This document shows, piece after piece, positions 25,986-37,350 of a DNA stretch of 64,000 nt (its first letter is position 1; every line of letters begins with the position of its first letter). Source of the DNA: Lama glama. Taxonomy: Eukaryota. Made by a program: the position numbers and the translations under genes. The notes under the pieces were generated by a model, which saw only the letters and a program-made list of their open reading frames with translations, was not told the origin of the DNA and did not search any database. The stretch lies in assembly GCA_028534125.1 (NCBI GenBank), contig CM052817.1, positions 26,724,001-26,788,000 on the forward strand, written 5' to 3'.

Positions 25986-27192
25986 ATAGTGTGATTTGAG
26001 AAGCCATCACAGACCAAAGAGTGCTGTGAAGGAGAGCTGTTTTTAATGGCTGACGCAGTTCACCAAACACTGGTGGGTGGCAGGGTGGGCTGGTGGGAAG
26101 AGCTGGCTCCACGGAGGCAGAAGCCCTGGAGGGCAGCTCTTCTCACTAACTAGGTGTGTGACCTTAGCTTCTCTATTTGAGCTTTCTCATAGACAAAATG
26201 GGTGTATTTTACATCTTAGAATTTTTTTTAAAGGCAACCACAAAAATTATTTGGCTATTTTTTAAAGTATACAAGATATTGTTCCTATGGTTGTTCATAA
26301 AGTTAAAAAGAATAAAATCAAATCTTGGATGACTGCTCTCAAGCACCCCATATGAAAGGGGCCTTCTACTGTGAAAAGGATGAAGATTTTGAAGCAAAGA
26401 ATCTCAGCACCTCTTGCTTTCTGTAGAAGTGACTTAAAATGTTTGATTGAGACCCTCGGGGTCTTCCATTGGGCATAGGGGGCCACTTACGTGCTGTTGC
26501 TTGGCTGAAATGATGACCTGACCACACTGATAAGCTTTACAATATTAATGCAAAATTAAAAATATAAACTTCATTCCCAACTAGAAAAAGAATCTAAAGG
26601 GTATATGCTCTCTTTTGTTATCCTAACTGAAGGACATTCTGAGCAAGTTTCTGGTAATTTTTGAAGAAAGAATGGAACACTTATCAATGTCTGTTGCTCG
26701 TGGGATGGAAAATCGAGGAAGGTAGTAAGAAAAAGGAAATTTAGAAATTTTGTTCATTTCCAGGATGCTCAGTTGAGTCAGAGACTTTGACATGCAGACC
26801 CTTCTGGGAATTAGAATTTAAAAACACCTCAAACCCCACATTGAAAGACATGACCTTTGCCTCCCAGGAAATTTCTCTGTTATTCTGACTTAAAATTCAC
26901 CTGCCTTTCTTATGGTGATTGAATATATCTTTATACATAGATATTAAACCCCGATCTGAAAAAAGTCAATAGTTTCTAAACACAGATTTTAGAATATACT
27001 ATGTGCATCTAAAAATTATTCATAAGGCACAAGAATTTATTCATAAACAAAAGTGAGAATGAAAAATACACAAGGGAGCCTTCTTTTAAAAAAAAAAAAC
27101 TTTGAAGGGAAAGAGAGGGAAAAATCAGGTCAATCGTCGGCTTTCCAATAGGAAATACACAGGTCAGCACTACTGGATAAAAGTTGAATCTC

Positions 27193-27211
27193 CCTTAACG
27201 AGGGGGCACCG
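27193..27211 (+). promoter_or_regulatory. Weak candidate CTCF site
   Basis: ccttaACGAGGGGGCACcg has a good 3' half but lacks the conserved CC; CpG-containing unique flank. Confidence 0.25.
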
Positions 27212-27594
27212 CCTCAGGGGTCATCTAGCACGGTCTCTGCCAGGTCAGGATTGCTCTCTGTTGTAACTGACAACTTGCGTGTTTAGTTGAGACCGATCGT
27301 AAAGTCATGGAACTTTTCTCAGGCTGAGTTTTCTCATCTGCAGTCAGTGGCAGTCACCTCCTAGGGCGATGGTTTCAGTTAAATAAACAGCCTGTGCAGA
27401 TCACCTAGCAAATCCACTCCCAGAAAGACTTCTCTCCTTCCACCCTTTCAGGTGATAACATTTCCCTCCCACCCTTCATGAGATGACTTAACTTTAGAGA
27501 GCTGGCACACACACAGGGAGTGATTTTCAGCTCATAGAGTCATGCTTTTAATTCCTCCCAAATTTATTGAATTCTGGTGTATTTTTACAAAGGA

Positions 27595-27970
27595 ATATGA
27601 TGCAGCAATGAAGGGTATTACATTTTACATGTTATCATATTAGAGCCACATGAAGCAATGTGGATGAGTGTCACAGACAAAATGTTGAGTGAAAGAAGTC
27701 AGACACAAAGCATACATGAATGATTCCATTTTTATGAAGTTCAAGAACAGCCAGGGCTAAGGTACGGTGATATAAATCAGACAATGGTTACCTGGAGCAG
27801 GGCAGGTGACAGGGAGGAGAGGCACAAGGGAGCCTTCTGGGACACTGAAAATGTTCTGTATCTTAAACTGAGAGTAGTGGTTACACAGGTATATGTAAAA
27901 ATTTATCAAGCTGTATACAAAGAGTTGTTCATTTTATTGCCACTATGTTCTACCTCAATAAATACTTAAA
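27595..27970 (+). mobile_element. L1 (L1ME-like) 3'UTR fragment
   Basis: aatgttgagtgaaagaagtcagacacaaagc...gattccatttttatgaagttcaagaacag...tacctcaataaa. Confidence 0.8.
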
Positions 27971-28464
27971 ATAATATTTTTCAAAGAACTTATCTGACTT
28001 AATTTTATACATGGAAGTTTTTCTCTCCTGCAATCTTCTAGGCTCTTTTTATATCTTACATAAGTGATAAATGTATTCATTGGTAGCTCATAACTGTAGG
28101 AATAAAGAATTACTTATATATTAGATTTTCCAAATAATTGAATGTATCCATGTAAGTAAGAAAGCTATTACTTTCTTGGATGAAAATCTTTATAAGATGA
28201 TTTGTTGTCCTCACTATCACTTTAATAGACAATATTAAGCACATTCTTCTTCTTGGTGAACCAAGTCTATGCTTAGAAACTTACATGGTTGAGCTGGGCT
28301 GAGAAAGTGATGGCTTCAGGGATCACTGTGTCTATACTGAATGACACTAGTTTTTCCCCCCTTCCCTGTTCTCTGGGACTATTCTTCATTGTTACATGCC
28401 TACCTCTAGGTCCTGTAGGTCCTAGGTTATTACCTCATCCTGGTCCTTCTCATTTGCTTTCTTT

Positions 28465-28760
28465 CATTCATTCATTTATTCAGTACATATTTTTAGAATG
28501 CCCAGTATGTGCTAAGCACTGGAGATAAAATAGTGAATAAGACACTCATGATTCAAGGGGGAACTAATATTTTGGCAGAGGAGGCAAGTATAAAACAAGC
28601 GTGATGAGATCATAAAGGGGGGAGTACAGGACTTAATTTAGGGGGTCTGGAATTGGGTCTGGGAAGGTCACCTTGAGGAAGTGACATTTGAGAATTAAGA
28701 GATGAGAACCTAGCCTAGAACGAGACCTTAGTATTTGCTGAATGAATGAATGATTATTAA
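28465..28760. mobile_element. L2 fragments
   Basis: cattcattcatttattcagtacatatttttagaatgcccagtatgtgctaagcactggagata (reverse L2 3' end) and tatttgctgaatgaatgaatga (forward L2 3' end). Confidence 0.7.
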
Positions 28761-30789
28761 CCAACAAAAAGAGAAGAGTTCTGACTCACTGTGCACAGAG
28801 AAACCAGCAATTCTATTGAAAGATGCCTAAACCAAGAGCCAACAGGCACAGAATGAGGCCCTAATGGACTTAATGGCATTCATTGTGACTGCTGTGAGGA
28901 CTTTTTTTGCCTTACTTAAGACCTTGAGTTACTAGACAAGTAAAGGAATTTTAATCATTGCTTGGCCAACCTATATAAATTCAGTTTTTACAAAAACAAA
29001 ACTAGCCCAAAACAGCCCAAGTCTTTATGATGATTCCTCTAGTTTGCCTACATAGCTCTGATCCCAAGTTCCCATGAATGTGACTTTCCTGGCGCAGTCA
29101 CCCAAAATCATCCTGAAAGGTGGGTGTCACCCACCCATATCTTTGCATGACAGCTCTGTCCAAGCAAGCCAAACAGCCCTGACCCCTTGAGCCTTATTGC
29201 ATGTTGCAAACCACCCCCTAATTTGGGGCCTATTATTGTGCCCAGAGATTTCCCCTTCTTGACATATTACAAACCAAGAATCTGCCGTCAAAAGGACAGA
29301 AGGAACAGATGACAACAACCTTTGTGGACAGACTTTACTCAAATCTGTATCTTATAAAGCCAGCCTGATACAGAAGCACTATTCACATATCACATAGAAC
29401 AGCAGCAAAGTTTAAAATGCTAGAGATATGGGCCAATTTACCCAGGGTTTAATTTGATATCTGACTTGATCCATCAACAAACTATCATGTACTGCAAGAA
29501 CTCCTAAGGAGAGATGCAAATGTAGCTTTTGCTGATTTTAGTTTCTTACAAATCCATACAAGATATTTGGGATTCAAAATTTGAAAAAGCTAAATAAACG
29601 AACAGCACTGACTAGGATATTCCTGATGAAATGAAGAGAAATGGGGAGCGAAAGTATCCGAAAATGGTTTATTTCTAGACTTTTTCCCAGAGTCTTTCTG
29701 TTCCTCTGATAAAATTTCAAACATCAAACTGTATCAATCTACTTTAGAGACAGTGGAATCAATGCAAGAGTTTCTTCACTGGTCAGGGTCTATTTTGGAT
29801 TTATGAAGTTCACAGAAGGTCACAAGTTCAACAGACTCTTCAGGAATCTAGGTGCTTCTATGGGACAGACAAGTAGGCAGCCAAGAATTCTTACCTCTGT
29901 TTCAAAATCTTAAAATAGAGATAAGAAAAAGTTAATCCGACTGTCGCAAGTTACATAAACTTTCAGTGGTCCGGGTAGTGAAATGATTTGTTGCCAAGCT
30001 CAATTTTCTGACATGCATATAAAAATAACCAAAATCCGCCATTCCTTGGGTGAAATCAATGACTTTGGCCCCCCACAGTTGTCAGATCTAGTCTCATTTG
30101 CCTAAATACACAAAGCCACAGAGAAGTTTTTCCCATGAAGGAAGTTTCCTCTGATTTTGAAACAGTCATTTCTTCCAGCCATTTTGCAATGACTGGGAAC
30201 TTGTCAGTAGAAAGTCTCTCGGCTTCTTACTGCCAGCATCACTGGGCAAAAGTGTACCCAAATCACGTTCTTTCATAATCAATGAGCTGCCACTCTCCTC
30301 TTACCTTTAGTGCTGGCTTTAAATGTAGGTTTCCAACCATAAGGCAGAGTAAACAGACTAAAGATTCCATATCCTTGTTACTCCTTGTAACTCCTTTTCC
30401 CAAGAACTAGCCATGACAGACATCTTTTGGAGCTACGCTTTTTCTAGATTTTCCTATTTACTGTTTGGTTTTCACCACTAGTAACACAGTTTCAGGTATC
30501 TGTGTCCAGGATATCATTGTTACAGTTGAACAAATGTAAACATTTGACTAAGGCTCTAGTTTTATCATATATGCTTATATTTTCTACACACACACACACC
30601 AAGCTAGACTATAGATATTTAGTATTCCTAAGAAGTATTGAGTCATTAGTTTCTCCAAAATGATGTATGACCAGTATATAAAATTATTCCTGAAAACTGT
30701 GCTCTAAAAACAAAAATTTGAGGGTAAGAGTAGTCTTTCAAGCTGACCTTTAATTGGGGTAGTGGGTGGAAGAGGGAAGAAAGTTTTAA

Positions 30790-32171
30790 AGTTTTTTCAT
30801 GAAACCAGAGCCTCCGTTTAGTGAACACTTTTAATGGAACGGGTCACGGGGCATAATGAAACGCAAATCACAAGGTTACACGTCGCCTCCTAGAAACACC
30901 GCACCTGGTTCCGAATTCTTTGCTAAAGCAAACGCTAACGTCTGATTCAGGTCACGAGAAAACCTCAAGCTCAGGTAGATTTTACCTCCTTCTCCATGAC
31001 ACACACATCCCTCTAGTAAAACCGAAAACAATGTTTCATGGAAACTGAAGATTACAATTGTCCGGGGACTCGGAGCCACTGAAAAACAGAGTTTGCAAAG
31101 CAATTCCTCTGTCCCCTTTCTCCCCTCACCATTCCCACCCTTTCAGCAGAAGGGAACCCGAATCATTTGTAATCTGAAATTTTAAACATGTATAAATACT
31201 AAAGTATGAAACAAGTACCTGCCAAACACCTGGAGCTCTCTCTCCCTGCTGGCTCTCTCCTCCCACACGCTGGCAACGGAATGCCCTTCAAAACCATGGC
31301 TCAGTGCTTTTGGTAAATGTTTTACGAGACACTAAACAGCCTTATGTCCCACCCTCAGAGCAAACACCATTGAGAGAACACAATATAATGGTCACAAAGA
31401 TATCGTGTGATGTGCAATAATGCAAATGAACAGGCAGGCTCTCTTTCCACACTTCCCCTTAAGAGGGAAAAAAATTCCCAAACTTGCAAGGGGCGGGGGT
31501 GGGTTGGCAGGAAAGGCTCACAGAAATAAACCTTGAAACTGAAGCGTTCGAGTTTTGTGTGGGTTTTTTTTTTTAAGCAACATTATGGTAAACTCATTGT
31601 TCTAATCCCCAAGCAAGTTTTGGCTTGCTAAAATGAAAAAAGTGTCAAAGGCAAGAGTTAATAAAGGGTAGAGTTCACAGTGAATCTGCAGACACAGTAG
31701 CAACTATACACATACAGTATATTTCTATTTTTCAGAGCAAATACAACTCCAAAAAATTTTTCATAAACCATCTTCCACAGTAAACAAAATGCACTCCCCA
31801 TTTTCCACATCCCTCAAGTAATTCACAGTTAAAAACCAACTCAGCTCTAAACCAGAAGTTTTGCATTCCATTCAAGTTAACAATTACAACTGGAGGATAA
31901 CAGAAACTTGCTGGCACCGAATTATTAGCATACCCAGAATGTCAGGTGCCTCTTGGTACCACCAGGGTTAACAAGATAAAGACAGGGTGCCGGGGATCGT
32001 CTGCCTGGTTTCACAGAAGCTACATATAGAGACTGCTGGAGTCCAGAGCTCAGACGGCCAGTACGCACCTACCTGCTCCTGGAGCTCTGAGTGGGCTGGT
32101 CTAAGAAATGAGAGTGTAGAATTATTCAGCAACCTTCAAGCCTACTCCCTGAAAGGAGACCAAGGCCGAAC
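30790..32171. promoter_or_regulatory. CpG-retaining unique region: candidate promoter flank or enhancer
   Basis: Many CpGs in moderate-GC DNA (about 30815-31075); C/EBP-like tgtgcaataa overlapping octamer ATGCAAAT (31411-31427); GC box ggggcgggg near 31490; no repeats recognised; abuts the gap. Confidence 0.45.
32073..32148 (-). other. Candidate 76-nt non-coding exon
   Basis: Minus-strand acceptor ccttggtctcctttcag|G and donor CAG|GTAGGT, both near consensus; unique DNA beside the gap. Confidence 0.5.
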
Positions 32172-32671
32172 NNNNNNNNNNNNNNNNNNNNNNNNNNNNN
32201 NNNNNNNNNNNNNNNNNNNNNNNNNNNNNNNNNNNNNNNNNNNNNNNNNNNNNNNNNNNNNNNNNNNNNNNNNNNNNNNNNNNNNNNNNNNNNNNNNNNN
32301 NNNNNNNNNNNNNNNNNNNNNNNNNNNNNNNNNNNNNNNNNNNNNNNNNNNNNNNNNNNNNNNNNNNNNNNNNNNNNNNNNNNNNNNNNNNNNNNNNNNN
32401 NNNNNNNNNNNNNNNNNNNNNNNNNNNNNNNNNNNNNNNNNNNNNNNNNNNNNNNNNNNNNNNNNNNNNNNNNNNNNNNNNNNNNNNNNNNNNNNNNNNN
32501 NNNNNNNNNNNNNNNNNNNNNNNNNNNNNNNNNNNNNNNNNNNNNNNNNNNNNNNNNNNNNNNNNNNNNNNNNNNNNNNNNNNNNNNNNNNNNNNNNNNN
32601 NNNNNNNNNNNNNNNNNNNNNNNNNNNNNNNNNNNNNNNNNNNNNNNNNNNNNNNNNNNNNNNNNNNNNNN
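32172..32671. other. Assembly gap (500 N)
   Basis: N run. Confidence 1.
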
Positions 32672-33319
32672 TTTGTTAAAGCCAAAAGGTGGATCAGGTG
32701 ACCTTCTGCAACAAAGATGTCATAGCAACTAAAGAGCAGTGTTTAGAATCTTTTCTCATTTAAGTAATTAGAAAGAAGGAGACTGATTAAACAGATAAAG
32801 AATCTAGATTGCATAAACGGTCTTCAGTTCTGCAGCCCCTCTGCAAGAGTTGTGACTTATTAGGCTTTTGAGATTTAAAGTCTTCTCCAAGAATGTAATA
32901 AAATCCTCCAAAAATTTTTACATTGAATATAATTTCATTACTTCACGAATGGCTGGGGCTAAGAAACCTTGAAGACTTTTATTTGCTTGATTCCAGTAAA
33001 CCTCAAAAGACCCTACTGAGACAAAAGAAGAAGTTAAGGCAAGAAAGAATTTCCACAGATTCTAAAAAAAACTCAATGGAATGACTCCTTCCAGTCTGCT
33101 AGACAGACTTGTGTTCTATAGGTATGTTTTAGAATTTTGTGAGTAATCACATGATCACAGGTGATGGGAGGAGAGAAGAAAACAACAAGGCAGCTATCAA
33201 AATATTGGGAGAGGCAAAACTGGAGGGACTGAACAAAAAACTAAGAGAAAATTTAAAAGGTTACAAAGATGATCAGGTAGTCATTTTTCCTAAAATGTGA
33301 GTGCTGTCATGGACCTCAG

Positions 33320-33450
33320 AGCAATGGTCCTCAACTGACACCATTTTGCCCCAACTCCAGAAGTTACTAGGCAATGCTGGCATCCAGTGGGTAGAGCATC
33401 CAGGGATGCTGCTAAACATTCTACAGTGCACTGGACAACAGTCCACAACA
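33320..33450 (-). mobile_element. MER20 fragment, internally deleted
   Basis: ggcatccagtgggtagagcatccagggatgctgctaaacattctacagtgcactggaca. Confidence 0.75.
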
Positions 33451-33676
33451 ATGCAAACTACCACCTGGGGAATGGGGTAAACTGGCCCCACAGGAACACT
33501 CAACAAATACTATCATTCACGAAGAGAATATTATCCCCATAGCCACCTGTAAGGAAATATCTATACAGAGTAGCTATCTATAAAGAGGTCTCATGAAGTT
33601 ATCTGGCCTTGAAATGGGAGCAATAACTTTGTCCTCAGTCTCCCTTGGGCCACTTTGATCAGCGCCTACTGTGTGC

Positions 33677-34024
33677 CAGGGCGACCAACCCCCTTAGGTT
33701 TGCCCAGGACTGTCCTGTTTTTATTTTTTTAATCATTTTTTAATTGAGTTATAGTCATTTTACAATATTGTGTCAAATTCCAGCATAGAGCACAATTTTT
33801 CAGTTATGCATGAACATACATATATTCATTGTTGCATTCTTTTTCGCTGTGAGCTACCACAAGATCTTGTATATATTTCCCTGTGCTATACAGTATAATC
33901 TTGTTTATCTATCCTGCATATGCCTGTCAGTATCTACAAATTTTGAAATCCCAGGACTGTCCTGGTTTTAGCACCAAGTGAAGCCACTCTGTTGGCCAAG
34001 GGCACAGTGCCATTTGGTCATTCG
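33677..34024 (+). mobile_element. MER81-like hAT-Blackjack MITE, split by an L1 insertion
   Basis: cagggcgaccaacc...ggtttgcccaggactgtcctg[L1]gttttagcac...ttggtca matches the MER81 5' half and terminal inverted repeat. Confidence 0.7.
33718..33949 (-). mobile_element. Young lineage-specific L1 3' end (about 230 bp)
   Basis: PolyT followed by taattgagttatagtcattttacaatattgtgtcaaattcc...tccctgtgctatacagta; perfect 15-bp TSD cccaggactgtcctg (33703-33717 / 33950-33964). Confidence 0.9.
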
Positions 34025-34589
34025 GAGTTTTTCCCTGGGCCTTTCTTTTCTCACAGGTAACAAGCTCCCAAGGTCTGGCTCCAGGAGAGAAAGAAAGGGC
34101 TTACTCTCTCAGATGCTCTCGGTACCTGGAGACTGCCTCTTGGCAAACAGCCCCAATGGGGCTGGGTGGAGCCCCCTAGGGTCTCTGGTTTATCAAAAGT
34201 TCATCATGTTCTACCCCTACCCAGGTCAGGGGTCCTTTGGACAGGGGCCCTGGAAACACTCCTGCCCTGGAGGCACACATAGCTTGCTAAGAGGCAGGGT
34301 ATGCAATCAGCACTGTCTCACCTTACTTACACTCCCCCTGGGGAAGCACTCCAGGCAATGGAATGCATTCCTTGAGAATGGAGGCCCTTCTCCTTATCTT
34401 TCCTAGATTATACTCTCTCATCAGCCTATTTCTTATAAATGTGAAACATTCTAACTACTATCTATTCTCTGATCAATATGAAAGCCTTTCACAAACTCTA
34501 AAATGTAAAATAAGTGTAACAGACTGTGTTTGAGGTTAGCAACTGACTTAACAATTGACGGTTGTTTCCCTTTCTTGCCAAAAAATCAT

Positions 34590-34800
34590 AATTAGCATGT
34601 GGCAGGTACTGTTACAAGCAGTGTGTATATATTATTTCATTTAATACTCACAAAAATCCTATGAAGTAATATCATGATGGTGCCCATTTTACAGACAAAG
34701 AGACTGAGGTAGAATGATACTGAATAATTTTCCCAGGGTCACAGAGCTGGTGATGCTGGGAGATCAGATGCAAACAAGCTGGTTCCAGAGTTCATGCTGG
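34590..34800 (-). mobile_element. MIR SINE
   Basis: cccattttacagacaaagagactgaggt...cccagggtcacagagctgg. Confidence 0.8.
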
Positions 34801-34859
34801 ACGCTGCCACCTGTCACTCACTCAAGCCATTTCAGGAGAAGAAGAGAGTTGCTCAGATA

Positions 34860-35310
34860 AAATGCCCCCCCGCCCCGTCTGCCCCTACCCTAATGAATCA
34901 TTAACTTTCAGCTCACCCCATGCTTTTGGTTGCTTGAGGGTCACGTGTCAGAGTAGAAACCCTGAGTGAGTCACTCATGAACACATGACTGTGCTCTTAG
35001 TTCCTTGTGGGCTTGCTTCCTGAAACAGCCTTCCTCGAGTGCTGAGCCGACAAATGGAATGGGACCAGTTTCAGTTCTGGGAAAGAGGCTGAACTCCATC
35101 TAGCCAATCCCCGCATCCACATTCCAGCTCTCTGTGAGCGAGTGACCAGTCTAACGCCAGCCACAGGGGCTTCTTCAAACAGGGAAATGCCTGCTCACAA
35201 GGGTCCCTGGCCAACAGACTATCTGCAGACTAACACTTTGCAGGCCGCCTCAGAAAGACCAGGGAGTTAATAGTTACATGGAGACCGTTCTGGAAACAGT
35301 TCACGTGACT
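34860..35310. promoter_or_regulatory. Candidate enhancer/promoter motif cluster
   Basis: GC box ccccgcccc near 34867; GTCACGTG at 34940; AP-1 TGAGTCA inside the palindrome TGAGTGA-G-TCACTCA (34963-34977); STAT TTCTGGGAA at 35075; agCCAATc at 35102; TCACGTGA at 35301. Confidence 0.45.
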
Positions 35311-36196
35311 GACAGTCCAAACAAATGCAGAGTATAACAGGTACCTGGTCAGATTCCATGAAAAAAGAACCATGTTCCCCTCTGCCATTTATGCTCACCA
35401 GCTCTGTCCCAATTTTTCAAAATTCCTGTGTTTTCTTCCCTGATCCTCTCTTTTTTGGTATTTCATGCTTTTAAAAAATGTCTGGAATAACCTTAAAGTT
35501 ACAAAGAGACAGGAACACAGCCAAACAAAAAACCAAAAGCCCCAGATCTCTGTCTTATCACAGGTACTTTCAAACTCTGGAGTTTTCTGCTACTTCAGCA
35601 CAAATCTTAGGATCAGATGGCTGTAATACCATTGTGTTATTCCCTCCTAAAGAAACCAACAAACACACAAATATGATTTTTTTGCCCTGGCACTTAACAG
35701 ATATTTGTTGAATAAATGGTCTCCCTCTGACTCCATTTTCTACTTCCACTCATTTTTAGTTTTTTACATATATAAATTACATGTACACATATGTGTACAT
35801 ACATAATTTTCTCTTTCACATTAATGCATTGATCGACTATATTATTTAGGCTATCAAGAGGATAACAGACCTAACGTCTCTATCTTCAGTTCCTCCATCC
35901 GTGGATGGTACTAGAACAGTCCTTGCTATGAGGTACTTGACAGTACTTGCTTGACAGATAATGCTCGTAAAATGCTTCACACAATGCCTGGTGCACAGTA
36001 GGTGCTCAGAACATAGCAGCTACAGTCACTGAACAAAAACCCTAAATTAAACAGAATCTACTTGTTCAGACTATGGAGATAAAATTCTATTTATAACTTT
36101 TTTAAATAATTATGAAAAATGAGACCTGACTTTAGGGAGAACTAGGAAATTCATTGGGCCCAGTTTACGGAGGTCACTCAGATCAGAGTAACTGCT

Positions 36197-36207
36197 CGCG
36201 CGCGCGT

Positions 36208-36255
<48 letters not shown>
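36197..36255 (+). repeat. (CG)5 + (CA)22 compound microsatellite
   Basis: cgcgcgcgcg taaa (ca)n. Confidence 0.95.
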
Positions 36256-36257
<2 letters not shown>

Positions 36258-37184
36258 GTAAATCCATACTAACAGGAAGCTCTGGGGAAAACTTCTGAAG
36301 CATTTTTCCCTGTGGGTCTTTCTCTCCAATATTTTGGAGTTACTATGTTGAGAAAGTGGACTTTAAGGTAGATATTGACCAGCAGAAATACAAAGCATTT
36401 TCTCCCAAACTCACCATTACTATCCAGAAAATCTTAAGCAAAATCTAGTAATTTTTTGAGCCCAAAAATGGTTTTAGAGTGCTCCCCCAATTCTAGTTCT
36501 CCCTAAACTCCAACGTGCCAAATATCATGGGCTTCTATCCACTACAAAATCTTTCTCCAACTAAACTTGGTTTGATCAGCAAAGTCAAATGATACCACCT
36601 CACTGATATTTTCTAAATTTGTTTACTTCTACTTACAAAAAAAAAATCTTAGAATCCAAGTAACTCACCTGTACGCTTGATTCCTTTCCTCTTCCTCATT
36701 TTCCTCCTCCCACTTTCTAGTACCTTCTCTTAGTTGTGAAAGATACTCAAACTGCACAACCAATGAATTTGGGTTCCTCATTTGGAACCTGAACTCTAGA
36801 TCCTCTTCTTGGTTTCAGGGCTCCAAGAATTCCTCAGAACACTACTAGACAGCCTTGTGGACAGCAAATGAGGAACCTCACACACATGGCAGAGGCCCTG
36901 TGACCAGAAACACAGTGACAGTTGATCTGGGGACTGGCTCGTGGGCATTTACCAGCAGGGTCAGCTGCCTGTCCCTTGGCCTTTTCCCCACCTCATTCTT
37001 TTCTGTGGTGGCTGATTCCCAGGGCACCACAAAGCAAGAGTGATTCATGACCGTCCTGAGTCTCGTCCTCCGAGTGGACCAGCACCACAGTCTCACCCTA
37101 ACCTCACTGCAGGTTTCAAACAAGGATCCCAGCAGTCCCCATCTGAGGGCGTCTACGCATGTGGCGAGAACCTGGCCCTCGGTT

Positions 37185-37350
37185 TCAGACAGATGCAAGT
37201 TTGAATCCTAAATCCCCCTTTCTTGCTGATGACCTCAAATCCATCACATACATAAAACTGCGATAAGAATACCAACTACGTGAGCTTGTTAGGTGTCATG
37301 TCAAGGACTCCAGTATCTGGTATACAGTGGGAGCTCAAAAGAAGCAGCTA
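37185..37350 (+). mobile_element. MIR SINE, diverged
   Basis: cagacagatgcaagtttgaatcc...tctggtatacagtgggagctcaaaagaagcagctattatt. Confidence 0.55.

Noticed and set aside
31987..32685. Long ORFs spanning N runs (also 48869-49149 and 58001-58588)
   Set aside because: Artefacts of translating assembly gaps.
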